Assembly (NCBI GenBank): GCA_002189035.1
Contig: NEEC01000021.1
Span: 1,612,001 to 1,676,000, forward strand
Origin: Utricularia gibba
Lineage: Eukaryota; Plantae; Magnoliophyta
DNA length: 64,000 nucleotides
Direction: 5' to 3'
Positions 40,848 through 53,809 of the stretch are shown here, one piece after another. The notes below the pieces were generated by a model, which saw only the letters and a program-made list of their open reading frames with translations, had not been told where the DNA came from and did not search any database. The position numbers and the translations under genes are program-made. Positions within the stretch are counted from its first letter, which is position 1. Each line of letters begins with the position of its first letter.

Positions 40848-42446
40848 GTTAACGAAACCTCGAAAGCCAAACTCCTGTTGTGAGGAAAAAGAGGAATATT
40901 CTCAGCTTATATTTCTTCATCAACCCATTTCTCCAACGGCGTCGGCTGCGAGCAAGTGGGCTTAAACCAACGGTTCCTCAAGCTTCCTGTCACTTCAAAC
41001 AGAAAACATTGGCCACTCAAGTTGCAGCATTAAATTCTTTAATTTGATTCACAATACTCCATCCCGACCCCCAGTCCACACATATGGCTCTCACTGTGAA
41101 TAGAGATGATAGGATAAGAGAGTTGTTAACTTGCAATCACCAAAGGCCTGAACATCTCTGAACTCAGTTTAAATAAAATTTACTACAGTAATACTGACAC
41201 GTAATTCACCGAGCAAAGAATTAGAGTAGCACCTCCGGGACAAAACATCATTCGAGTGAACTTCTTCTGGGAGGAGGAAGCCTGGTATGGACCGTGCATA
41301 GCAAGCTGAAGGTCAATCTTAGATACACCCATTGCGGCCCAACGGGGCAGATGGAAACAAACCCATGTGAATTCTAAACACATGGGATTATGAACTCCCA
41401 AAGATTGTTTTTTTTTTATTGTTTGTAGCAATTAGAAGGCCTCACCCCGTGTTTATGTCAACCATCAAAGCACATGATTGACACTGATGGTACGTGTGGT
41501 TGACTTTGAAGTTAGGAAATATGTGACCCTTTCATGCAACAAGTTATTGGTGTTTAAAGATACACCAACTCATCGAGATATGTTTTCCTTCTCATGTTTA
41601 TGATCGTATTCTGATGTTTAGTGGGGAACTAACTGCAAAGTGAATTGGAATTTGACTACCAAATGTCATGATTTTTCTCCTTAAAGGTGATAAATGTGTG
41701 GTTGAGTGTGGACTAGAACTGGAGTGGCAGAGATGAAATAAAAAAAGACTAGTATCCGTGACACGTGGCGACGACCCAGTAATCCTCAACCACAAAGCCG
41801 CTCCGCCGCCGCCTTTTGTCTTTCCTCTTCTCGCTCATCTAATGATAATTTACTTTGCCATTGAAAAAAATCTCAGGGATTTGCTAATGGTACACATTCC
41901 CCTGCTATATATCTTCCACTGTTGTTCCCATTGCTTGTCCTTGTTCTGTTTCCTGGCCCCAAGTTTTTTTTTTGGCTTCGAATTTGAGGTTTTCGGCAAT
42001 AACATATTGAAATGTGTTGGGTAGGAAGAACAAATGCTAAGGTTTTTCTTATCTGTTGAATTGATTTGGCATTTGCCCTTTTCTCCTTTCGGCTTTGGGC
42101 ATTGGATGCGTTGCTAATGGGAAGATGATGCTCTCTTTGCCTGGGTGCATGCTTCCGACCCCGGCAGCTGCTTTGCTCGGCGGCTGAAGAACGAACAATG
42201 GATGGAGTAGGTACTCAGCAAGATGTACTACGGATCACTTTTCTCCCTGCAATTTTTTCAACTTCTCCTAACAGCATACGCATGAGATAAAACATTCGAT
42301 GATCGCAAACAGATAACGATGTGTTGTTGAACATTCGTCCAGGTAACGAGGGTCTCGCACAATGCAGCCCGAATCACCACCGTGCATGGTTCGGTTCATA
42401 GCAGATGTTCATAGCTGCTGCTGCCGCTGCATCCAAGTCCCTCAAC

Positions 42447-45400
42447 TCAGCAATAGAACATTACCCTCTTAACGTTTTCTCGCAGCGGAGGCAGGGCTCT
42501 CACAGCAGCGCCACTGGAGCCTGCGCCTCTTGTGCTTCGTGAACCACCAACACTACTGCCACCACGACCTGCGGCAGCACTAGACATGGAGCCACTTTCC
42601 GAGGGTTCAGGCTCCATGTAGAACCGAGCACGGAATGCAGCAAGGTGGGCGTAGTATGCAGGAGGCACTGCAAACCACAACCACAAAGATTTCAAATAAA
42701 CGAATAGATACAAGAGGCGCGCCAATGGTCAATAAGACAATAACTACATACCAATGGAAACGGAGCGCGTACACCTTGCATAGCTGTAAAGCAAAAAACA
42801 ACGGATTATTGAGAATGACGACAACGATTATGCAGTGTATTCACGAGCAGATCTCACGTGTAACACAGGTTGTTCGTTAAAGTCTGCAGAGCATCGGCTG
42901 TAAACTTGTTTTCATCCCACAAGACATGATAATGTGCAGGGCGACTAGTACCCTGTAATTACAAGTGTGAGACGGTCTTGTGCCAAAAAATTATAATACT
43001 TGAGAAATCGAATAGATAACTACCTGTATGCCAGCATGGCTGCACAGGTAGAAATCAAATTCAGTAGGATGACAGATCTTTGAATCCACGACAGTGCCTG
43101 CAGCAAGATTACAAATGCCATAAATATGCCACTAGTCACTGGATTTGCATTAATAAAACAAGAATAGCCTGCTGAAATATACCAGGTAGAATATTTCCAC
43201 TTTTATCAACTGAACGTTTGTCATTGTGATTGTTTGCAAACAAGCGAGTATGGTGCCGCTTCTGGACTACAACAAATGTAACAGTAGGCTGGTAATTTGA
43301 TTCCAGGGATGCACATGCCTGAGATTGGGTAAGTCCAAAATCACTCAAATGAAGTCATTTACATACAAGTCACACTCAAAGAAGCACAAAAAAAGTTACC
43401 TTGCGTATAGCATCAAGTTCATAAAGTAAAACTTGATAAAACTGCCCTTCACTAACACCATCCCTGAGAAAAGAACACAACAAAGAAAAAGTAATGTTAT
43501 CAGCAACAGACATGCCCATATTCCAGCCGTCGTGATGCTGAACTCAGAAGTGCCAAATTTATCACCGATAAAATATAATTCTTTGAGGTTTCTGCCCAGT
43601 TGCTTTACGGAAGGATATAAGCAGCTCCCTGCCAATTCGAAAAAATACAATACTTCAAATTACAGCATGTCACCATGCGAAACAAACAAAATAAACACTG
43701 TAAATTGCTTGAAAATTAAACCCCACTTTATCATGCCACCATGCATTGTCCCCTTGACAGGATCTTGCCATGTTTTGTACAAGTCTTTTATGAGCTCTTG
43801 CCTATGTGCCTGGGCTGATACTAAACCAGCGTATTTTGTGACCTCAGGCCAATCTTGAGATGCAACCACCTTAACAAGGAAACAAAACTGGACTATAAGA
43901 AAAAAAAACTCAAAAAACTGCAAAATTTAAGAAAAAAAAACGCAACATATCAACATACTGCTGCAATCGATGGGCTAGCGTCCTCCCCAGGATGCGGGTG
44001 TGTAACATCAGCACCAAAAATGATAGTTGGCCGTTCACTGACAATAGGTATGCACCGTGAAATTGCATCACGAAGCACTGTGTTCCTTCCTCCAACCTTC
44101 ACATTAATCTTCAATGACACATTGGCAAGGTACTGCTTGTTCAGCTTGAAAACGTGTTTCTGCAGACAACATTGTGAAACAATGCCGAGTTCTGTTTCAC
44201 AAATACGCTTCAAATCACCTGAGGATATCAGAAGAGTTAAAACAAATAGCTTCACAAAATTGCGATTGATAAAATATGCATACCATATAGAGATCCATTG
44301 TTGTCTGGAAGCAGTACAATTAGCAAGTCGAGCTCCTTCCTATCAGGTGGCAACCTTTGCATTGCATCATGGTATCTTGCCTTGAGAACTTTCTCAAGTT
44401 GATCCGGTTTTGCAGAGATAACAGGCACGATAGGATCAGGATTAAACTCCTGCAAGAAAACACAATCTTTTCACCCCCGAAGGTATAAAAAACCAGACAC
44501 AAATTTACTTACCATTCCAGATGTAATGCACATTTGGACAAGTTCACGGCAGAAATTGCAAGCAGCAATGTTTTGTATACTCCTTGCAAAGTTAATGCAA
44601 GTCCAAGAGCTTACTGTGCCACCATTTACCACCCGCTACATCATATCACGCACAAAAAAATAATATCAAACGTAACATTCATAGAAAGCGCTTAACCGAT
44701 GCAATAAAAAACTACCTTGTTCATCATATTCCACTGCCCCACGATTGGAAGACAGTCTTTTTCTCCACCAGAATCATGATATTTGAGCTGGAAAACACAC
44801 TTTTAGGATTGAACATAGAAATAAGATAGGACTGTAAAAAATCCAAAAAATGACTTCATACTTACCCAAGGAGGACGCAAAACGCGAGCTTCAACTTGGG
44901 CTAAATCCGGGCTAATTTTTATTCCAAATTCCTTAGCATATTTGTCGTTCGCGTAACAATTGTGTTTTACAGTCTATTTGAAATTAGACAAGATTATCAG
45001 AATAATTCAATTATTTAGGGGCAACTACCATTCATATGCAAATAAAGGCAACTAACATTGTATATCTCCTCCTCCCTCTTTTCAGGCCGCTGGCAAGTGA
45101 CCTTCAACAGGGCAGTGATCTGTTTTTCACTTAATCTCTTAGAGTATCGTTGACCTTGGACAATCTTGCACACCTGAATATCCCAGAGAAATAATATCAA
45201 CATGAACACAATGCACTTTTATCAGATGAGGAAGTAACACAAACCTCCATAGGCAAATAGTTGGGCCTCTGAGTGCTACCAACTTGAAGACATGGCCATT
45301 GTGTGTGCTGAATAACAAAGCCATAAGTCTCACGGAAGTATTCAACCACAGACTTCATAGTTCCTCTTTCATCAACAGGAAATCTAAACAACAAAATCCA

Positions 45401-47206
45401 TTCAGCGCCAACAGACACAAGAAACTGGCTAAGAGTTAAGAAAAAGAAATATATTCAAAAGAGCACTGTTGCTAATGCATGTCAAAGAAGCACAACAGCA
45501 ACAACTCTCATCAAATCGCTCAAAGATATCTGATCAATACTTGAGAAGTATAATGAAAATAATTGCAAAACCATAACTAAATAAAAAAAAATGGGCGTTA
45601 CGTTAATTCTCGTGTTGCTTGAGAAGTTAAACCAGAGATGCGGTACTTTCTCCGCATATTCCCCCGGTGAGTAACTTCAACTTTAATGCCTCTAAGAGCC
45701 TTTTTTATCTGAAAAATAAAGGAGCAAAGAGTGTCATCAAATTTTGTTCAACAAAAACATTGAGAAGCACATACGGAAATTATCTCTCACCTTTACACGG
45801 TCGGCATCAGACAAAGGTCTGCCTGAGGCATCCCTATTCAGCAACTTTGCAACAAAATCAATCACTGGAAGTGACTCGATAAATGCGGTGGATGACATGT
45901 CTATCCAGGAAAATGGAAATGTTAGCTTGAAAAATCAACATTAGAACGTACTGGACACAATGAAAACTCACCAATATTCAAAGACAAGCCCATCTGTGTG
46001 GGTCGAATACTTTGGTAAAAACCACGCCAACTTTCGAGTCCGTCCCCTAAGGTCTGCTTTGTACCCAAGTAGGGGAATAAAAGGATCGGCCGACTGGACA
46101 ATAATTGGGACTGACATGATCATGAAAAAATTTAATTTCAGGATTAGAAAATAGCTGGAACTAATATTCAACAAATACCTTTTGGTGGGGAGTTCACGTA
46201 AAACAATGTCCAGGACCTGCAAAGCCTCCTGAGGTGCATCCGCTTGTCTTCCTTGTAAAAACATTGCCAAATGATGCAAGTCAGCACGCGCTGCGAACTT
46301 TATCACCACCTTGAAGTCCCTATCCCTCCTGTATTCAAGACTTGAATATGTGAATATCAGCATCTTGAGTTGCAACAAGACTAAGAAAAAGTGGTGTGTG
46401 TTTACTAAAAATCACAAAAACCTCGCACTGCCTTGGCCATCATCTTCATCAACTAGGGTGATCTTGAACTCCTTTAAAACAAAAGGCAACGGACCTGCTG
46501 TATAAAGACTCTTCCTGCCATCATAAGCAGGAAGCCTTTCTCCCAAGTGAGATCCTTGGTACAGGTCCACCAACTGCTGAATGACAGCTCGATTCACCCC
46601 ACGTGATGACACCTCAGGCGTAATTGTGACCTGAAAACCAATTATCAATTTTAATAGTATCAAAATACAAGGTCAAATGACGTGAAATAATGCTAAAGAG
46701 AAACACCTTACATCATATTGATGAAAGTCCTTGTCAGGCAACTCAGCAAAGAAGTGGTTGGCCTTAACTATGCATCTTGTACCTCTGACACCTTTCCCTG
46801 GCCTCAATTGGAATCTCATAGACTTGCTTGATGCAGGTTGCATCTGTTGCTGCAGTTGAATTTGATGCATTGGATCCGATAACTCAACATCAGCAGGTCT
46901 TGGGTCATGAGAAGAACTCGCTCCTCCATATGCCTGCTGCTCAACGGCAGACTGTGTAGCTTGGTGCAGGTCCGGAGCTGGTGGTCTAGATGACCCACCA
47001 GCAGCCTGATACTGTTGTGCAGGCCATCCACGGCCATCTCCACGGTACCCTCCCCGTGAAGGGCCCCGGCCTTGACCACCATATTGTGGCTGCTGGGACT
47101 GCTGCTGAAATGAAGGGGGCTGAACACCACCACGGCCACCACTAGCTCTCTGAGACTCGGATCCCTCACTGCTTCCAGCGTGGTCAGTTCTTTTCTTCCT
47201 CACCAT
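42447..47206 (-). CDS. AGO1: ARGONAUTE 1; 1-nt frameshift at about 46073 as assembled
   Basis: MVRKKRT start, G/Q-rich N-terminus, [18 protein letters not shown] residues in [10 protein letters not shown]|DGVSEGQF and [15 protein letters not shown]-terminal VMFYC*, and a miR168 site. Confidence 0.96.
46957..46977 (-). promoter_or_regulatory. miR168 target site in the AGO1 coding sequence
   Basis: Plus strand tagcttggtgcaggtccggag versus miR168 UCGCUUGGUGCAGGUCGGGAA: 18 of 21 identical, contiguous over positions 3-16. Confidence 0.9.
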
Positions 47207-47542
47207 CGCTCCACGACTAACAAAAACACTTCACATAGCCAATTCACACACGCTGTCTCTAAACAGGAAACGCCTAAACAGAGTACCAAAAAATATAGCA
47301 TCTCCACGCCAACTCAAACACGACGTCACCAAAAAACCCTAAAGCATAACAATTGTCGGCATGGAAAACAGTACGCCATCAGGAAATCCGCGATTCAAGA
47401 CCACGGACTTGAAACCACGCACAGACACCAACACAAGAACACGAGCGAAGGAATGGAAGCCAAATTACCTCTCGTCCACTCTCTGTCAAAGCCCACAGCG
47501 TAATCACGAACTTGTATACCAAGAAAAGGAGGGAAGGTATAG

Positions 47543-47550
47543 TTTTTATA
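47543..47550 (-). promoter_or_regulatory. TATA box of AGO1
   Basis: TATAAAAA on the minus strand about 340 bp upstream of the ATG, followed by a CT-rich leader. Confidence 0.5.
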
Positions 47551-48710
47551 GTACAAAGAATGCCACGGCGCGTGATACCATTCCGTGAAAAGACAACTCA
47601 GCCCCTTTCCCCTTTTAAAAGCACATTTTGTATTTTTGTTTCTTTGATATAAACAATTACTATTCTTCTTTTTAAATGGGAGGGAAAAACTCTGACATGG
47701 AACAAAAAGAGGGGCACCTGCACCAATTAGGCAACAAACATGGGGCCTATGTGTAATAAATAACTTTAAAAAGTTCCATGCAGCGCATTCGCCTCAGGGC
47801 AGGCTGTTGAGGAGTATTTAGGAATGTGAGAAGCTGATAATATGAATTTTTGCATTTGTGAGAAAGAAAAAGGGAGGTCGATCTCAACTTTCACCTCATG
47901 TGTTCTTCATCCACCAGATGCCCCCTGAAGTTGGAAGGCAACTTACTGACATTCCCCAGTGATTCTGCTTTTAAAGATGATAATTATGGAAAATAAGTGC
48001 TTTTTTGTTGGGTTGTCAAGTTTATCATGCCAACCCATCGAAATTTTGGGGCGTAAAGGAAGAGCGCTGTGACATGCGTGGTTTAGTGGATCATGCCTTT
48101 TTTTCCAAATCCCTTTGGTGTGACATTAAACACAGGGCAGGGAATTATGTCTGCTTGTGTGTTGTGTCTCATGCTTCCTTGTTTTTTTTTTCTCTCTACT
48201 TGTGTACCATCGTTTTGTTTGGCTTTCATCGCGGGGAAGTTCGGTATAGTATAGCCTCAGGAGTCCAGGCGCAGAGGACATCGCCACCATATCTCAGGTA
48301 CCACCTTCTGCCATCAAAATTTGTTCTCCTGCCTCCGGAAGAAAATACCAAAATTTCTTTGATGTTGTGTGTACAAAAGAATGATGATGGAAGTGTTTCA
48401 GAAATGGAAGGTCCTTGCAGATGCAGCTGTTCATCAGCTTCTATTTAGTGGGGTGCCAGAGACTCAAGTTCAGAACAGAAAAAATGATATCAAATCATGC
48501 GATGGATTCTTGGAATTTTCCAAAAAGAAAGCTTTAATAGTGAAGTCCTTATGACAATGCTCGAACACCAGTCGAGAGGGTGGAAGCTGAATCTTTTGAG
48601 TAGCATCATACATTGGCTGTTGGGAAATACACCAGCCAAGATCAATGCATCAGAAAGCAAAAAAAAAAAAGGATGAAGAGAGCTAAGTATAAGTGAGGAC
48701 TCTTCCTCTT

Positions 48711-50538
48711 CTAGTTTATGAAATTAAGCTGAGAGACCTGTTCACCACACCACACATCATCTGTGATGAACTGCATCCACGATTCATCCTTATTTCCCTC
48801 TTCCTCCATGCTACATACTGTTGTTGATGATGCCACTGGGAAGTCTAGCAACAGCGTTTCGTGCGTGTTCGAGTACACTGGCCCTTGCAAGTAGTTGAGA
48901 AACGACATGTTCCTGGAATGGCCTTGCTCTTCTACTTTCGAGCTCAAAACATTTTTCTTGAACACGCGGCACAATACACACGAATCCTGCAAAGAGGACA
49001 CATGAACCGTGACACCTACTTAGTTTCTTCGCCATTCTCCCACACAGGGAAAACAAAACAAAACAACAACAAAAAAGAAAAAAAAAACAAGGCATGTCTG
49101 TGGTATTGGCTTGTGGGAGAGGACTGCGAGGGAATAAAGTGAAAAGCTCGCCGACAGGGCACCTTCTTACGAAAAAGAAGGTGGGGTAGTGTCACTTTTG
49201 GAAATAAACAAAAATAATTTCTTGTAAAGAGTCCATGATTCCTACTAGATCAGGAGAATATGATGAGCACCAAAGCAAAAGAGATGATGATTGGGGTGGG
49301 GTGCATAGTAAGACCAGGTTCAGTCTTGTGAAAGAATTGTACTTCTGTCTCAATCCCCGGTGAAAGACAAAGTGGCACCACATATATTCACTCAACAGGT
49401 CTGTATGTAATACCTCTGCAAGAAAAGAATCATGGACCTCCTCATTTTTCCTGTTTTATATGTCCTTACACACTGGTGAAAATGCGTATCACATTTACAA
49501 GCTTAAACTCAGTAACATATAAGAATGGATGCCATGGAGATCATGATGAATGAAAGTAAAAAAAAAATAAAGTGTACAGGAACAGACATGTGGGCTTGTA
49601 GTTTAGAGCAGGAAAACATGAGGGCATATGGATAAAAGCTAAGGCACAGTGTTCCTTTGTGCCAACACGTTGATGAGGGTGAAAAGAGATAGAAAAAATA
49701 GGAAAACAAATTGCTTTTCTTTCTCACTAAAAATTAGGGCCTCGAAATCAGCGCTCTTAAAGTCATAATCATGGAGAAACATAAAGAAAAAAAAAAGGGA
49801 AAGGAAGAGGGGGTGGATCAGAAGTACTGTGATGCAGACACAAGGTTTCTGTGTTTGGAGTCTTTCATGAAGGGAGTGTTCTACGCTTTTTCATCTGTTG
49901 AGTGATCGCTTAAACAGTAGGCGCTACCTGGATTACGGACGTCTCTTCGGAGTCCTTGTCATTCAGACGATACTCATGCATCACCCAGTCGGTCCGTACT
50001 CCATGTGGCGCTCTTCCTCTGTAATACACAAGAGTTTTCTTCATGCCAATGGACCTGTTCTGGCTACTCACTCTCCTGTCCTTCCCTGTAGATTTCCAAT
50101 ACCCAGCTCGCGTGGCACGGTTCGTGCGGAACCCGTTTGGGTACTTCCGGTCCCTAGGCCCGAAAAAGTACCACTCTGGATCCCTACTAGGCAAGAAAGA
50201 TTTCTCTTCAAGAAAAAAAAAGGAAGGAAGAAAATAAGTACATGGGAATCAGTTGATGAACTGCATTGATATTTGAATCCTTGATCTTGAAAAAAAATAC
50301 ATTGCATCACAGCTTATACGGTTGGCATTTGCAATTCTTAGGAAGGAGGAGAAGAGAAGAAAGTAAATTTTCTCTACTCACCAGCCAAATCCCAAGGTTC
50401 ACATTTGTAAAGATCAACTTCTGGTATGATATCAAGCTCAATTCCTAGGCCATGGATTTTCCTTCTGAGATAATAGTTCACCAGCTCTTCATCAGTGGGG
50501 TGGAATCTGAAACCGGGAGGTAGTCCGACCGGAGCCAT
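48711..50538 (-). CDS. NAC-domain transcription factor (ANAC057-like), 3 exons
   Basis: [67 protein letters not shown] and LCRVFKKN. Confidence 0.95.
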
Positions 50539-51242
50539 GATCACGAACGCCGTCTGCTGCGTTACTACTCACAACGGAAGAAACACAGCACAGCAACGCC
50601 AGAGTTGGGCCATTGATCAAGAGTTGTACTTATACCGAAGGATCCAAAGTCCCATGTCTTTGAGTCCATTCACACTTTTTCACTTTTGTAGATTCTAAGA
50701 AACGTTTCCTGAAAGCCCTTGCCTCAATTTCTAACGAGATAACAGAAACAAAATCACCATTGCCTAAGCTTGCTGATGATCACTCAACAGAACTCTTCTT
50801 TCGCATATGTGCTCGCTTTATTCATTCTTGCCACTCAAAAAGACATTTGAAAACTTAAAACACTATTAGGGAGAGCGTTTGGCCAAGTTTGGTAGTTCCT
50901 GAACCTCCATGCAAGTTCGATCCTTCTGGCTGCTGGTGATCGCCAGTATGGTGACTCATACCTTCAACAAAACGACACATAGCATGTGCTGGGTTGAGTT
51001 TTCAGATCGTGATTTGAAGTTATGTATGAACAACTTGTTCATGTTCACGTTCAGTCGAGTTGCAATATCTAAAATATCCTCGTTGTTAAAGTGGTGGTGG
51101 TCACTGTCGGTTGCGTTGGAGAAAGCAATCCTCGAGTAGTTCTATATTTGCTTGATGATGAAACATTGATCACAGTTCAATTCTTTGCTCAACGATACGA
51201 TTGAAATCCTGCTTCCAGAGTTTTGCTCAATCAAGAACGTAG

Positions 51243-52528
51243 ATGGGGTCTCTCTCGATTCCACTATGTAGCGTCGTGGAAGACAAGAAACCGTCAGAGC
51301 CGAAACTGGATCCTACCCATTTGCTCGATCTCTTCAAATGTCAGCAGAAGTACATCAACTATTTCTTCCAGAATCTCGATCTCTCCCAGACGCTAATCTT
51401 CACGCAGACGCTGTTAGAAGCTAAAGGCACCATTTTTTTCTCCGGCGTGGGGAAATCCGGGTTTGTGGCCCAGAAAATTTCGCAGACACTCGTTTCCCTC
51501 GGGATCAAATCTGGGTTTTTATCCCTGTCGACGCACTTCATGGCGGTATCGGCATTTTGTCGGCCAAGGATTTGTTGGTTTTGTTCAGTAAGAGCGGCAA
51601 CACGGAGGAACTGCTGAGGCTTGTACCCTGCGCCAAGGCGAAGGAAGTCTATTTGATTTCTGTGACTTCGGTTAAGCCGAATGGGTTGACGGGTGTTTGT
51701 GATCTGAATGTGCATTTGCCGCTGGAACGTGAGCTTTGCCCTTTTGATCTTGCGCCGGTGACATCGACCGCGATTCAGATGGTTTTTGGAGATACAGTGG
51801 CGATTGCACTCATGGGGGCGAGGAACTTGAGCAAAGAAGAGTATGCAGGAAACCATCCTGCTGGGAGGATTGGTAGAAGTTTGATTTTCAAGGTCGGAGT
51901 TTTATCCTTTTACCTCTTTTGGGTGGAGATTTTTCTGAGGAAACATTGATCATACATGACATCATCAATGCATTTGGTGGACGTGACTTTCTAGAAAAGA
52001 AAGTCGCAGAAGCTTCCATCTGAGATCAAGACTTCCAGTTACTGCATTTCTGTTTTGGTCAAGTCCTTTTCTTATGACCTCAATCAACAGGTAAAGGATC
52101 TTATGAAGAAGGAAGAAGAGCTCCCCATCTGTAGGGAACATGATCTAATCATGGATCAGCTGGTGAACCTGACAAGCAAAGGCTGCGGATGTCTTCTTGT
52201 CGTAGACAGAGAGTACCATTTGCTGGGCACGTTCACCGACGGAGATCTACGACGAACACTGAAGGCCAGCGGCGAGGCAATCTTCAAGCTGCAAGTTAGA
52301 GAAATGTGCAACAGGTATGCTGACTGAAGCAAATATCAATGATCCTTGAGCTAAAAGGGGATCGATTTCAGGAACCCGAGAACCATACACCCGGAGGCGA
52401 TGGCGGTCGAAGCAATGCAGAAGATGGAGTCTCCTCCATCACCGGTGCAGTTTCTGCCGGTCGTCAATGGTGACAACGTGGTGATTGGTATCATTACATT
52501 ACACGGCTTGGTCTCTGCCGGACTCTAA
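51243..52528 (+). CDS. SETH3: Arabinose 5-phosphate isomerase (KpsF/GutQ family, SIS + CBS); 1-nt frameshift at about 51524 as assembled
   Basis: [47 protein letters not shown] and CBS domains ([10 protein letters not shown]), ending LVSAGL*. Confidence 0.92.
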
Positions 52529-52850
52529 TCCCCCGTCGGAAAACTACATCTTTTTGTTACAGGGAGTGAAAGTATTTGACCTATCTCTTTCTGGCAGTCT
52601 ACTCCAGAAACAGTGTGTTAGTTACATTACAGAAAAAGCCATTAAAGCAAAAATTTCCACATAAATCTTTCCGTGACTTGGAACAGAGCAGAATGAAACA
52701 ACAAGAATCAATGAACTTCATTCATACAATTGAGTGATGGATGGGTATACAGAACTCTAAACCAAACCTCACGAACACATTTCTATCAGCTTTCTTTGGA
52801 GGATTATGCAAAGAATCAGTAGTAGGGAAAAAATGAGAATCTTGTATGTT

Positions 52851-53582
52851 CTAGTATTTCTTCTTGCGGTAAACAACTTCCGTATCCAACCCAAATCCAT
52901 CTATTTCTCTTACCCCAACAAGCTCTGAACTTTTGAACAATTTCTTCAAAGGCTCCAAACTGTACAAGTCATTGGCCGAGTACTTATCCGCCCGCCGGGA
53001 GATCAGTACATGAAGAACGCATATGCCGCCGGGTTTCAGCGTCCGCTCGATCTCGCCAACAAACTTCCACGGATAAAGCGCGTGATCGAACACATTCGAG
53101 AACTCGAAATCGAATGTCCCATCATCAAACGGCTGGTGATGAAAATCCCCCTTCAACACCAACGGCGGCGACGGCGCGAGATCGATCCCAACAGAATCCT
53201 GAACTCCCACCCGTTTCAGGGCCGCAACCTCCTGCCCGACCCGCGCACCTATGCAGAGTGATTTCGATTCGTTAAACAGGAGACGCCTCTGCTTCAAGCT
53301 CTCGAAGAATCGTGAAAAGACCTTAACTTTCCGATCCCAATCTCGGGTCTTCCACACATCGCGCAGCTTCGGGTTTAGGGTCTTGTTGAGCTGCCGCTGG
53401 ATGTATGCGTCGTAGGACTGATATCCGGGCCGGATCTTGAGACCCGGAGGTAGTGATGGCGGCGAATGCGGCGGGTTTTTGAAGGAGAAGAGGGCGAATA
53501 AAGATACGCCGAAGAGGAAGAGGGCGAGGAACAAAGGCTTGAGGAAGCCATTGATGGGCAGTTTCTGAAGATCTGGAATCAT
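52851..53582 (-). CDS. Membrane-anchored SAM-dependent methyltransferase (type 11-like), single exon
   Basis: 243-aa intact ORF with an N-terminal TM, LCIGARVGQEV motif I, GDFHHQPF, FSNVFDHAL and RTLKPGG. Confidence 0.9.
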   Translation of the reverse strand: MIPDLQKLPINGFLKPLFLALFLFGVSLFALFSFKNPPHSPPSLPPGLKIRPGYQSYDAYIQRQLNKTLNPKLRDVWKTRDWDRKVKVFSRFFESLKQRRLLFNESKSLCIGARVGQEVAALKRVGVQDSVGIDLAPSPPLVLKGDFHHQPFDDGTFDFEFSNVFDHALYPWKFVGEIERTLKPGGICVLHVLISRRADKYSANDLYSLEPLKKLFKSSELVGVREIDGFGLDTEVVYRKKKY

Positions 53583-53809
53583 ATCTCCGCAACAACCCCA
53601 CCCAGAAGCGGAAAGAAGAGTCCGATAAAGACACGAAATTTCTTTCAGAAGAGGCTAAGAATTTGTATTAGTGAATAATATAGGGCCTGAAATAAATTAT
53701 TTTTCCGGTGTGAAATTTGCAAAGTTTCCCATCACAATTTGTTATTCGTAAATTGGCCTCACAATCTAACGAAGCAAATGTTGCAGCAAAGGACTGTTAC
53801 ATCATCGTA

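Noticed and set aside
40900-42400. Short ORFs and a G-box-containing promoter-like stretch between UPF0114 and the AGO1 3' end
   Set aside because: No recognisable product, miRNA or snoRNA boxes. It is compatible with the UPF0114 promoter plus the AGO1 3' UTR.
49160-49183. Perfect 9-bp hairpin (caccttctt/aagaaggtg) in NAC intron 2
   Set aside because: Too short for a miRNA precursor or MITE, and expected by chance in 64 kb.
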